Part shown: one piece after another, positions 1 to 17,610 of the stretch
How positions within the stretch are numbered: position 1 is the first letter of the stretch
Layout of the letters: each line of letters begins with the position of its first letter
Source of the DNA: the human T2T-CHM13v2.0 reference genome, Homo sapiens
DNA length: 64,000 bases
Direction: 5' to 3' (one strand)
Assembly (NCBI RefSeq): GCF_009914755.1
Contig: NC_060947.1
Position numbers and translations under genes: made by a program
Notes under the pieces: model-generated
The model's database searches: none
What the model was told of the DNA's origin: nothing
What the model saw: the letters and a program-made list of their open reading frames with translations, nothing else

Positions 1-474
1 GACTGGGCGTGGCCTGGGGCTCTTGGCTGCTGCTGGGCTTCCAGGAACAGGGAAAGGCACACCCTGGAAACCGTTGTGCCCAACCCAAAGACACTCCACT
101 GAGCAAAGCTGCCAAGTAACGTTCCTCCCTTGGTCCATACCTTCTGAGACACCCAATACTGCTTGAAGCTGCCCTCCCAGGACCCGCACGAGGCCTCTTA
201 ATGGTGGGCCTGACTCTGGGCTGGACTTTACCTGCTTGGACTCTCAGGCCTTCTGGAAAATTCCTCAACCAGCCAAAAATCGCTTTCTACAATCCCAATG
301 TGTGGTGTCAGCCTTGGGGACTTTGTCCACATTGCCCTGTGCCGAGGTGCCATGGCCCAGGCCCTGCCTCCTCTTAGAGTGGAGCCCGTATTTCTCCAAC
401 TAGGCAGCTAGCCATCTGTACAGGCATAGGCATCAGTGGCAGTCTGGCCAGAGCCTGGCTAGTCCCATGCAAGG

Positions 475-598
475 CAGGGCAGCAGAGTGGGTAAGCACAC
501 GGACCCTGGAGCAGGCTGTCTGGATTGGGTTCCTGGTCCTGGTTTTGCCATTTACTAGCTTTGTGACCACGGACAGGTTATTTAACCTCTCTGTCTTC
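475..598 (+). mobile_element. MIR fragment
   Basis: MIR core-like tgccatttactagctttgtgacc...ttatttaacctctctg. Confidence 0.6.
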
Positions 599-618
599 TG
601 GATTAAGAGTCAATCTAG

Positions 619-924
619 GGCTGGGTGTAGTGGCTCATGCCTGGGTGCTCCCAGTACTTTGGGAGGCCGAGGTGGGTGGATCATTTGAGATCAGGGGTTT
701 GAGACGAGCTTGACCAACATGGTGAAAACCTGTCTCTACTAAAAATACAAAAAATTAGCCAGGCGTGATGATGGGCGCCTGTAATCCCAGCTACTGGGGA
801 GGCTGAGGCAGGAAAATCGCTTGAAGCGGGAGGTGGAGGTTGCAGTGTACTGAGATCGCACCACTGCACTCCAGCCTGGACGACAGAGCCAGACTGTCTC
901 AAAAAAAAAAAAAAGAAAGAAAAA
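619..924 (+). mobile_element. Alu
   Basis: Dimeric Alu with polyA tail. Confidence 0.92.
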
Positions 925-1059
925 ACTTGAAGAGACACCAAATTAAAAACATGCTCTTGCTTGTGGCAGTCATGAATTCCTCACTCACAAAATCCCAGAC
1001 TAACTGCTGACTAAGCCAAAACATCTGAAGATGAGCGGACAGATGGATGGCCACAACAA

Positions 1060-1290
1060 TAATATTGACCAGGAACGCTCCCCAAGTGCCAGGTGCTGCT
1101 TAAAGCACTTTTACACATATCTATTCTCGTGAAAACTCTTTCAGAAAGGTTCTATTTTTATTTCTCTTTTAAGGATGATAAAACAGACTCAAAGAGGCTA
1201 AGTCACTTGCCCAAGGTCAAACGGCTAGTAAGTGACAAAGCCTGGCTTTCAAACCAAGCCTTCTGGCTTCAAAGTCCACACTCCTAACCA
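1060..1290 (-). mobile_element. MIR
   Basis: agaggctaagtcacttgcccaaggtca...ctagtaagtg, reverse MIR core. Confidence 0.7.
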
Positions 1291-1643
1291 GCCCGCCCTT
1301 CTGTCTCTGGGAATACGTTTTATCTTGTGAATACCCTTCCTGCCCCCAACTGGATTTGAAAAGACCATGATGTGACTTTAGGGGCTGAGGACACCCAGTC
1401 TGGGACCTGGCGATGGGCTCTGGAGTGGAGCACTGAGATAGCGCAGGGGCTGGGGTGAGAACCACGGCAAGGCATCTTCCTGGAGCCAGGGAGTGTGGGA
1501 GTGCCTCAGACGGTCTGCAGTTAGGGACTGAGGACAGGAGGTCTAGGGGTTGGGAACTAGAGGTGGTTACCAAGGAAACTAACAGTGCGGTAAGGCTCTG
1601 TCTAATTCTAAAAAAAAAAGCAAACGATATTTTTAAAAAGTTA

Positions 1644-1952
<309 letters not shown>

Positions 1953-3164
1953 TTAAAAGTCAATTTTTTTTTCAAGGATGGCTTAGGACAAACCCTCCGT
2001 GAGACTCCAGATGAATTTTTAGCACATTTGCTAGTGAGTAGTGGTATTTCACATAACTAATTCCTGGAGTATTTAGCCATTACCATAGCTTATAAAATAG
2101 CTAGAGAAGCGCTTTCATGTGAAGAGGCGTAGGGTAATGGGATGGTGGCAGAGGATGGCTGTGGTTCGGGCAGGGAAGGCAAGTCTGGGAGAGGGGAGAT
2201 GGTATGGGGGCAGGTAGGTGCAGGGAGACCACTTAGAGGGTAGGAGGATGTTAGTTAAAGTGGAGGTAGCAGGGTGGCAGAGAGCGGAAAGAGGAGGCAA
2301 TAAAGAGCCGAATCCACAGGATTGACTGGCCACCCCCAGGCCAGTCTGCCTCTAGCGGGGTTCCATCCATCTTTGCCGTGAGGATGGCACTCACCGTGAC
2401 CCATTGGCTCGCCCTCTGGCCCTCATGCCAGGTCGGAGAAACCCTGCACAAAAGGAATCTGTTCACTTTCACTGAACCTCAACTTATTTAACAAGGAACC
2501 TTCACCTTCTCACAACAGACCCCCTCCTATCACTGCTATCATTATCCCCAAACATGAGTGGTCTGCAGGACACGCTTTGGCAAACACCAGCCAAGAGAAT
2601 GGAGGCTGTTCTCCTGGCCTGGCCATTAAGGCCTTCCATGATCTGGCCCCAGCCTCCAGGCCAGCCTGATTCTCCAGTCTGTCTTGAGCATCCTATATTC
2701 CAGCTGAACTGGGCCACATGCTGTTGTAGACCTGCTCCAAGCTTCCACTGCTTGGCTGGTCTGTCTGCCCGAGTCCCACCCACCATCCAGGACTTAGAGA
2801 TGCAGCTCAGAGCCACAAAGGCATAAAAAGTCTCTTTAGCTGGACTCTGTGGCTCTGCCTGAGGGCCCCAGGTGACAGGGCAGGACACAAAGGAGAGATG
2901 AGGAGACCCAGGGGAGGAAGCAGGAAGTTTCAGTACCCTATGACTGCCTTCCAAATATAGAACTAAGTTGAAGCGATTCTGCAGGGCAAGTCTCTGACTA
3001 GAAGTGTCCTTTGCCATCTGATCCCCTGCCTCCAGCTTTCTTACCCTCAGAATCATTAGTCAATGATTTCCCAAACTCCACTGGGAATCAGTGAACAATT
3101 GTAGTAGAAAGGCCAAGGCAGGCTCTAGAGAATTCCAACGGGAGTCCAGTTGGGTACAGGAACC

Positions 3165-3400
3165 GTGTAGCATGGTAGTAGTAAATGGGCTTTGTTTGGT
3201 GTCAGACCCGCCTAGGTCTCAATCCCAATCCCACATCGACCAATTCATAGCTGTGTGATTTGGACAAATCACTTCACTTCTCTGAGCCTCAGTTTCCTTG
3301 TGTACAAAGTAGAGATTACACCTACTTTGTATGATAATGATGAAATGGTTGTTGAGAACATTACATGAGATTAATTTGGGTAAATAACCCGGTGAAGTGC
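3165..3400 (+). mobile_element. MIR
   Basis: agctgtgtgatttggacaaatcacttcacttctctgagcctcagtttcc core. Confidence 0.7.
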
Positions 3401-3427
3401 CTTGCCTTCTCTGATCACCCACTGTAA

Positions 3428-3852
<425 letters not shown>

Positions 3853-4040
3853 TAGCATTCATCACCACCTGCTACTTATTTGCTTATTTGCTTATTGATC
3901 TATTATTCCACTAGAATATACTTTTCACAAGATATATAATTTGGGTTTTTTAAATTACTATGTCACCAGGGCCTTGAATCATTTCTGACACATAGTAGGT
4001 GCTCATTCAACAAATACATTTTTATTTATTTAAATATTCA

Positions 4041-5013
<973 letters not shown>

Positions 5014-5463
5014 AAACTTCATCTCTACAAAAAATACAAAAAATCAACCAGATGTGGTGATGTGAGCCTGTAGTCCCAGCTACTCAGGAAGCTGAAGCGG
5101 GAGGATCACCTGAGCCTGGGAGGCAGAGGTTGCAAAGAGCCGTGATGGCACCACTGCACCCCAGCCTAGGCAACAGAGTGAGATTGCCTCAAAATAAATA
5201 AATAAATAAATATTCAACAAATAATTCTTTATTTGAATGAGTTAGAAAATGAATAAATGGTCTCATGCATAAAGGTCTTGCACACATACAATCTGCGGTG
5301 CTGGGAGCTTGGTTCGTGGCGGCTGGCTAAGGTGTGACCTATTGCAGGGTGTGTTCTGTGGAGCACTTGTCTGGGGCCTGTATTTGGAAAACAATGCCCA
5401 TTAGCATAGGAAAGTTTTCAGGACATTCTGCTATAGACAGAATCACCAAACTCATTTGGTCAC

Positions 5464-5935
5464 TGTAATAGCTTCCTGAGGCTGCCGTAACAAATCACCC
5501 CAAACTGGGTGGCTTAAAATAACAGAAATTTATTATCTCAAAGTTCTGAAGGCTGGAAGTCCAAAATCAAGGTGTCAGCAGGGCCATGCTCCCTCCAGAA
5601 GCTCTAGGGGAGAATCCATTCTTCACCTCTTGTAGCATCTGGCAGCTGCTGGCTGGCATTCCTGGGTTTGTGAGATCATCACTCCAGGTTCTACCTTCAT
5701 CTTCATGGGGGCTCTCCTTCTTCCGGGTGTCTGCTCTTTGTCTCTCTTTTATAAGGACACACTTGTGTGTGAGGGCATTTAAGTCCCATCCAGATAATCC
5801 AGGATAGTCTCCTCATGGCCAAGTATTTAACTTCATTACATCTGTAAAGACCCTTTTCCCTAAATAAAGCAGCATTCACAGGTTTCAGGGGTTAGGACCA
5901 GACTTATCTTTGGGAGCCATTATCAGCCAACCACA
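5464..5935 (-). mobile_element. MLT1 (MaLR) LTR
   Basis: ggctgccgtaacaaatcaccccaaactgggtggcttaaaataacagaaattt signature. Confidence 0.75.
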
Positions 5936-7228
5936 GTCACTAACTACTGTGTTTTTCCCAGCTCCCCTGGTCTCTCTACAGAATATATTCTGAGGAATGT
6001 TGATTTGAGGAAAACAGGCTTTTAGAAAGAATGGGGTGGAGATGGGAAGGGAGTACAGGAAGAAACAATTTCTCGGAAATTTCAAAGAATGCTACACTTG
6101 TCAGACCCTCCTCAAGATGGGAGAGATGAGGCTGGATATTGACCAAGTGCTGCTGCTGATTCTTTTTGTGTGTCAGGGACTAGGACCCACAGCGCACAAA
6201 GACATGGAGAGGTAATTATGCCTGATAGAGAGCAATGAGGACCCCGTGCTTCTCGTTTAATTAGGCCAGGGAGAGTGTCTGGCTCTGGGTGGTTTTCAAG
6301 AGCTCTCCAGGTAATTGTAATGCACATCAAGAGTGGAAAGCCACTAGACCATAGTGCTGAGGCAATGAGAATTTCAAAACAGCTGTTTAATATCATCTTT
6401 AAGAGTAGTAACAAGTTTCATAACGTTGACATCAATGATTAACCCTCTTGACCTTCTCGGTGAGATAATAATGAATGTGAAAGGTCCAGGAGCACTGGCT
6501 GTGCTGGGGAGAAAGTCTCAGCAAGCATGAGGGGCAGTGAAAAGCACAAGAGAAAAAGGGTCCCTGGAGCCGCTGATGTTCCACAGCCTTGGCCCCTACA
6601 TGGAGACTACAGGACCAGGGGCGGCGGAGACGTAGAGGACTAGCAAGAGCTGCCAGGAGTTGCCTGGAGGAAAGAGATGTTTTTCATTGTTGTTGTTTGT
6701 TAGTTTCTGTTTTTGTTTTTTTAAAAGGGAAGCCCCTGGTTTAGGCCCAGTGGTCAGTGTCTACTCCCTTCTGCCCCAGGGGGATTGGGATAACCCTGTC
6801 ATGACTGCTGAGGCTGGAGGCGAGGGACTGCAGTATCTCTCCTCTGGCTCTCTGCAAGAGAAGTTGACCTTTAGGATGGGCCAGTGCTTTTGGTGCCAAA
6901 GTATTAAATGTACATGTGAGGTTCAAGCTAACTGGTATGAGGCCTCATGAAGGATTTACTTCCACCCTTTTGAGGTTGGCACTTCCATAAAGGAATGCTC
7001 CTTTCTTTCTCTAGTGGGTCCTGTGCAGGGCCTAGCTCCCTCAGCCTCCCAGCTCCCTGGGGAGAGAAACAAGGCAGATTTTTTTTTCTCACTTTTTATT
7101 GTGAGGCTGGGGCCAGAGTCTGCGTTGCACATGTTTGTGTCTGAAATGAGGAAAGCTCAGGCCCTGCCTCTCGTGGCCACATGAGTGAAGAGGCTGACTA
7201 GGAGACAGAGAATCTGGTAAGACCCAGA

Positions 7229-7526
7229 GCCCGGTGTGGTGGCACACGCCTGTAGTCCCAGGTACTCGGGAGGCTGAGACGGGAGGATCACTTGAGCCCA
7301 GGAATTTGAGACCAGCCAGGGCAACACAGTGGGAGCCCATCTTTATAAGAAAAAAAAATTTAAATTAGCCAGGTGTGGTGGTGTGTGCTTGTAGTCTCAG
7401 CTACTTGGGAGGCTGAGGCAGGAGAATCACTTGAGCCCAGGAGTTCGAAACTATAGCGAGCCATGATTGTGCCGCTGTACTCTAGCCTGGGTGACAGACT
7501 GAGACCCTGGTTCTTAAAAAAAAAAA
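7229..7526 (+). mobile_element. Alu (AluJ-like)
   Basis: ggaggatcacttgagcccagg; dimeric with A tail. Confidence 0.88.
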
Positions 7527-8142
7527 GACCCAGATTTGTCAGGCCAAGCCAGACTAGGCTATGCTGTGAAACAAAAAGTACCAAACCTCAGAGCGTTAAT
7601 CAAACAGAACTTTATTTTTTATTCACATTAAATGTACAACACAGGTTAGCGAAGGCTTGGCTTACTGTAGTCATCCAGGGACCCAGGCGCTGACAGTGGC
7701 CCCATCTTGGCACATTCTTTCATGCTCACTGCAGCAGTGGGATGAGAACGAGATGAATTGTACACTGTGTCTTAAAGCTTCATTGGCAAAGGCAAGCCAC
7801 ATGTCCACACCTAACTCTAAAGAGATTCCCTGGGACGTGCAATCCCGCCACAGGCCTGGAAGGAGGACCTATTTGTAGATCCAGCAGCTGTCAACACTCA
7901 TCTCTAGTCAAGACTTGGCTTTTACATGGCTTAGAGGGAAAGGGGAGACATGGATTTCTACAAGCCCACGAGGCCAGGGCCAGAGGCAGACCATGTGTCC
8001 TAACCCCATCCTCCACCACCCTAAGGTGTGGGAGAAAACAGGATACCAGCCATGCTCAGGGCTACCTTCAAGCCCCAGAATGGAAACAGTTACACTGAAA
8101 ATCATAAGAAGAAATTAAAAACCATGATTTCCTTTTGTAGCT

Positions 8143-8982
<840 letters not shown>

Positions 8983-9094
8983 AGAGGCCTAGGAAGAAAA
9001 GGGTCGTTATCCTAGGAGGAAAAGTGGCAATGTCCCCTGGGAGATTTCCTGTGAAAACATGATGTTGGGCTACACCCCCCACTTAAGTATTTTA

Positions 9095-9450
9095 AGCTTG
9101 GTTTTTTCTTTTTGTGGAGACCGGGTTTCACTATGTTGCCCAGGCTGGTCTCGATCCTCCCACCTTGGCCTCCCAAAGTGCTGGGACTACATGCATGAGC
9201 CTCTGTGCCCGGCCTAAGTATTTTAACATTAGATTGGATGTTGGCTTTTTATTTTATTTTATTATTATTATTTTTTCCAAGACAGAGTCTCGCTCTGTCA
9301 CCCAAGCTGGAGTGCAGTGGTGCAATTTGGGCTCACTGCAACCTCTGCCTCCCTGGCTTCAAGCGATTCTCCTGCCTCAGCCTCCCAAGTAACTGGGACT
9401 ACAGGCACGTGCCACCACATCCGGCTAATTTTTTTGTATTTTTAGTAGAC
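9095..9450 (-). mobile_element. Two partial Alus (9095-9213, 9245-9450)
   Basis: Reverse left-monomer fragment and reverse right-monomer fragment. Confidence 0.8.
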
Positions 9451-10807
9451 AATCAGTTTATCCCTTTAGGTGCCATAGGCTGAAGCCTGTATCTTCCCTC
9501 CTTGTGTTTCCCTCTTTCTCCCCACACCTTATCAAAATGAAGCCAGCTATGTGCTTTATTGCCTCAGGAGAGGTATACAGCCTGGGTAGAAGGAGAAGAG
9601 GGAGGAGAGAGAGAGCTGTGGGTCCCCGGGCCCTGCTTCCTAGTAACACTCTGAGGAGCTGGTAATTCCCCAAAGAGGAGTGGTCCCTTGGTGTGTGCAG
9701 GGAGATGCACCGGAAACTGCAGGCCTTCCAGCTGCCTGGCAGATTTCCTCAGCCACAGAAGCAGCAATGAACAGGGTAGAATGAATGGCTTAGCAGAAAC
9801 TTACAGACAACAAGACCCTCTACCCCTCTGCCCCTAGATGTCTGATACCGTGAAAGGTCCCAAGACCTCTTCTTGACATCAGGGAAGCAGGAAATGTGAG
9901 GATGACTCAGGGTGAATTTCCCAGACTCTGCCAAGACGGAGTGCAGAATTGAAATTAGATTGATATAGAAAAACAATAAAGAGAGGCAATGTTTCTTGTA
10001 TACCTAGATTTATAGTCTGGGATGACTAACAATAAAGAAAGATACACCTTTCAATGTACTGAGGAGCCTGGGCATAGTAGAAGAGAAAGCAGGGGGGAGC
10101 CATGCATAGTACACGGGGAATCACAAGTTTAACATGAAGCTTTTGATTTTCTTTATCCACATCAGAGAATATGATTCTCCTTCACAGGGCAGTTAATATG
10201 CAATAGCATTATGGGAAGACTGAGAAAGAATGAAAAATAGCTGGGGTGCTCTAAAGAACATTTCCTACGTAAATTGGTGCAGCCTTTTTGGAGAGCAGCT
10301 GGGTAGTATCTAGGCAACAGGTGCATCTGCGATGATTCAGCAACCCTACCAGCACAAGTGCTCAGAAGCGTATGTTCTTAAATAGGTTCCCTCCTCTCTG
10401 CCCTTCCTCCCGAGGCTCAAGCTGGCATCTCTCTACTGGCCCGCTGTGACAGCCCCTCTTACCTGATTCCCCTGTGCCCAGTCTTGCCTTGATATGGAAA
10501 GATTGCTCAGGATACAAATCTAATCATATCATTTCCCTGTTCAAAACTCGACAGTGCTCTTCCCCATGGCCCTGTGTATATAGGTCGATGCCCTGAGCCT
10601 GACACACAAGGCCCCAGTGGCCTGGCTCTTTAACAAGAGTCCCACTTACTAAGCATACTGCCAAGTTTGTTCACCAAATGAGTCAACAGGCTCCTCTCCA
10701 TGCCTCTGTGCATGTGTTCCCATGTGCTCTGTCCTAACTCAGTTGCCTTATCCATTGGGAATCTCTTCCTTTCAGAAGCTGGCCTCAAACCTCCAATGCA
10801 GTAGTGA

Positions 10808-11077
<270 letters not shown>

Positions 11078-11995
11078 TAGGTCTATATTCCCACCGTCTT
11101 GTAAGATTCTCAGTGATTCTCTCCAAGGACTTGGTTTCAGGCCCTGGGGCTCGGCTCCTCATTCTCCCAGATCACTTTCTTCTGGTCTCAGTTACCTCAG
11201 GCTAAGGGACTGGACTTAGAGATGACTTCAACACCAGAGGGGTGGCGCAGGCAGTAAGTCCTGCTTTCACTCAGCTGGATCAACAAAAGACACGATATCT
11301 GGACTGCATGCCTGTATCTGTCACTTCCTGTATGATCATGGACAGATCACAGTCTTTAAGGCTGTTTCTTCCTCAGTAAAATGAGCAAAATAATAATAGC
11401 TACCCTCAGAGACTGTTGTGTAGTTACTGAGAGACGAAGTGAAAGTGCTGCACTCTAATAACCTCCAAAGAACCATGTTAGTTAAATGTGGCACAGAAAA
11501 ATAGATGAAAAAAAATTAAGTTCCTAATTTAGGAACTTGTTTATACATATTAAATCCTCTCTATTTCTTTCCCAGTCTTTAAACTAACTTCATGCTTAAT
11601 TCTGCCTCAACCTGCCTTCATCTGCAGGACATTGTCCTCCCCTCTCCATGTCATCTTTTTTTTACCCCCTTCCCAGATCTTATCTCCAGTGAGAGCAAAG
11701 CACCATCTTCCTTTCATGACACAATCAACTCGATCTGAGAGTTACAGATCTGATCAAAGCTCACCTCCTCCATTTCCTAGCTGCGTGACTTTGGACTGGT
11801 TACTTAAATTCTCAGTGCCTCAGTTTTTTCATTTCTATGGCCTATGTATGTGATGAGGATTAAATGAGACCCTATAACTGTTCCTTTCAATTTCAGTCAT
11901 CTCCATCTTGACTCTCATTCAGCCTCCCACACATTTAATCGCACTTAGGATGCCTTCTTGTTCACTCAATCATTGTTTCGTTTTCAAGATTTTAA

Positions 11996-12335
<340 letters not shown>

Positions 12336-12915
12336 AACCTCTGGTTCTTTCAATTCTCTTCCTTCCACCAAACTCACTCTGTCTCTAGCTTGGGTTCCAG
12401 CCCCTTGAACCATTCTCATTCTCCCAGACCATCTTTTTCTGGTCTCAGTCACCTCTCCGCCAAGACAGAACTTCGTGGCCAGACGTTTCACTGTGCGCTC
12501 ACTGCTACTTTGCATTTCTACACTCCCTGTCTCTGGGTGGTCTCCAGGCCCAGATAACCCCCTGCTTACTGTTTTAACTTCCAAATGTCCAAGTTTGCAG
12601 GAGAAAAAGTCCTTCCCTCTTATGCTATGGGACCACTCTCATTACCAGAAAGCCTCTCTGCCTCTCCTTGGCCTCCTGCTGTCATGGCTGAGGAAGAATC
12701 ATCCCCTTCCTTGCCAACAGTGTCCTCTGACTCTCACCCCAGAGCACTACCTCCAGGCTTTGCTCCAACCATGATCTTACATTTCATTTGCCTCTTCAGT
12801 TGTTCTTTCTACATCTCCTTCCCCTCTGCTTATAATACACTCAGATCTCCTCCATTCTATAGACACCTCAGCTCCACGCCAGATACCACCCTATGCTGAC
12901 CTATTCCTTCATTAA

Positions 12916-13208
<293 letters not shown>

Positions 13209-13662
13209 CATTAAACTCTTTCAAAGGATAATCTATACATGCTCCTCAACCTGCTCACCGACTATTCACTTGTTAATCCCTTGCAATCTGACTTCTACTC
13301 CCACCACTCTACTTGATCACCAACCTAACAACCACTAACATGATGACCTCTCGGCTCCCAAATTCAGACGGCAGTCTTCATCCTCTGTCTAGCACTTGCC
13401 ACCCTGGCCCACCTGTCTTTTTTGAAACACTCTCCTTCCTTGATCTCTACTGCTGCTTTATTGTGGTTTTACCTCTGTCTATTCTCTTCCTCAAGCATGG
13501 TGCTCCTCCCTCGACACCACTCACTTGGTGAGCACCTCTACTCTCATGGTTTTGATGGGGCCTTGGCAGACTTTTCCTAAATATCAGAGAGTAAATCTCT
13601 TTGGCTTTGTGTGCCAAGAGGCAAAATCAAGGCAATTCTGTAGGTCTTTATATAAACATTTA

Positions 13663-13970
<308 letters not shown>

Positions 13971-14030
<60 letters not shown>
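13971..14030. repeat. (TA)30 microsatellite
   Basis: Perfect TA run read directly. Confidence 0.97.
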
Positions 14031-14034
<4 letters not shown>

Positions 14035-14108
14035 TCCTGTTTTCAGCTTGCAAGCCATCTAAAAACAGGTAGTTGGTTTGATTTATCCTATGGGCTGTAG
14101 TTTGTTGA

Positions 14109-14436
<328 letters not shown>

Positions 14437-15210
14437 TTGTCGACCCCTAGTTTCAATCACCACCTCTAAAGAGAAAACTCCCCAATTGGTACCTTCTCAC
14501 CTCTTTCTAGAATTCCTGACCTGTGCTTCTAATTGCCTACAGGGCAGCTATACTTGCTCTCCTACACTCACCTCAAATTTAATATGTTCGAGGCAAAAAT
14601 TTCTCTCTCCGCAAATCACTTCCTTTTCCTGAATTCCCTATTTTTGCTAGTGGTGCCATAATTCTCTCAGTCACTCAGGTCTAAAATCTGTCACGTCTGC
14701 CTTCTTCTTTCTCTCTAAACTATTGGTGGTGTTACTTCCTAAATGTCTCTTGAAAACTTCACCTCTCCTCCAGTCCATAGTCTGTTGTGGTCCAAGCCCC
14801 CAGCATCTCTTGCCTGGACAACTGTCACAGGCAAGATGACTTCCTTTTTTCCAGAGTGGAGATAGGGAGAATTCACTGGTCTCCCTATCTCCACTCTGTG
14901 CTCCCATCTAATAAGACGGGGGTTTCACCATGTTGGCCAGGCTGGTTTCGAACTCCTGAGCTCAAGGGATCCACCAGCCTCGGCCTCCCAAACTGCTGGG
15001 ATTACAGGTGTGAGCCACTGCATCAGGCCCTTTAGGAGGTTTTTGATTATTGATTCAGTCTCCCTACTATCGGTCTGTTCAGATTTTCTGTTTCTTCATG
15101 ATTCAGTTTTGGTGGACTGTGTATTTCTGGGAATTTACCAATTTCTTCTTGGTTATCTAATTTGTTGGCATACAATTGTTCATAATTTTCTCTTAAATTC
15201 CTCTTATTTC

Positions 15211-15866
<656 letters not shown>

Positions 15867-16963
15867 CTTCCTCTTTCATTTCTGATTTTAGTTAGAATCT
15901 TTCCTCTTTTTTTCTTAATCTAGCTAAGCATTTGTCAATTTTGTGGATCTTTTCAAAAAACAAACTCAGTTTTATTGATTTTTTCTATTGTTTTTCTATT
16001 TCATTTATCTCTGCTCTAATCTTTAATATCTCCTTCCTTTTGATAGCTTTAGGTTTAGTTTGTTCTCCTTTTTCTAGTTTTATGAGGTGTAAAGTTAGGC
16101 TGTTTATTTGAGATCTTTCTTTAATGTACGCATTTACAGCTATAAACTTTTCTGTTGGTACTGCTTTTGTTGCATCCCATAAGTTTTGGTATGTTGTGTT
16201 TTTATTTTCGTTTGCTTCAACGTATCTTCTAATTTCCCTTGTGACTTCTTTTTAAAAAAATTTCAATAGCTTTAGGGGCACAAATGGTTTTTGGTAACAT
16301 GAATGAATTATATAGTGGTGAAGTCTGACATTTTAGTGCACCCATTACCCGAGTAGTGTACATTGTACCCAATATGCATATTTTTATCCCTCACCCCTCT
16401 CACCATCCCCCTTTCCGAGTCTCCAATGTCCCTTATACCACTCTGTACGCTTTTGTGTACCTATAGCTTAGCTTTCACTTAATGGCCTCCAGCTCCATCC
16501 AAGTTACTGCAAAAGACATTATTGTGTTCATTTTTTATGGCTGAGTATTCCACGGTGTATGCCACATTATCTTTATCCACTCATTGGTTGATGGGCACTT
16601 AGGTTGGTTCCATATCCTTCCAATTGTGAATTGTGCTGTGATAAACATATGTGTGCAGGTGTCTTCTTTGATATAATGACTTCTTTTCCTCTGGGTAGAT
16701 ACCCAGTAGTGGGATTGCTGGATTGAATGGTAGATTCTTTTAGTTCTTTGAGAAATCTCCATACTGTTTTCCATAGGAATTGTACTATTTTACATTCCTA
16801 CCAGCAATGTATAAATGTTCCCTTTTCATCACATCCATGCCAACATCTATGGGATTACAGGCGCACTCCACCATGCCTGGCTTGCAAGCTGTCCAGAAAC
16901 AGGTGGTGGGTTTGATTTGGCCTGTGGGCTATAATTTTTCGATCCTTTGTTTTTCGGTTTTTA

Positions 16964-17303
<340 letters not shown>

Positions 17304-17610
17304 AATGGCAATTCTGGCTGGAGTTAGGTAGTATCTTATTGTGGTTTTAATTTGCATTTCCCTGATGATTAGTGATGTTGAACATTTTTTCATATGTTTC
17401 TTGGCCATTTGTATATCTTCATTTGAGAAACATCTATTCATGTCATTTGCCCACTTTTTGATATGATTATTTGTTTTTTTTTTCTTGCTGATTTATTTGA
17501 GTTCCTTGCAGATTTCTGGATATTAGTCCTTTGTCGGATGTACAGTTTGCAAATATTTTCTCCCATTCTGAGGGTTGTCTGTTTATTCTGATTTCTTTTG
17601 CTGTAGCACG

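Noticed and set aside
11518-11538. Perfect 10-bp-arm palindrome aagttcctaa-t-ttaggaactt
   Set aside because: Short, AT-rich and without supporting context; compatible with chance.
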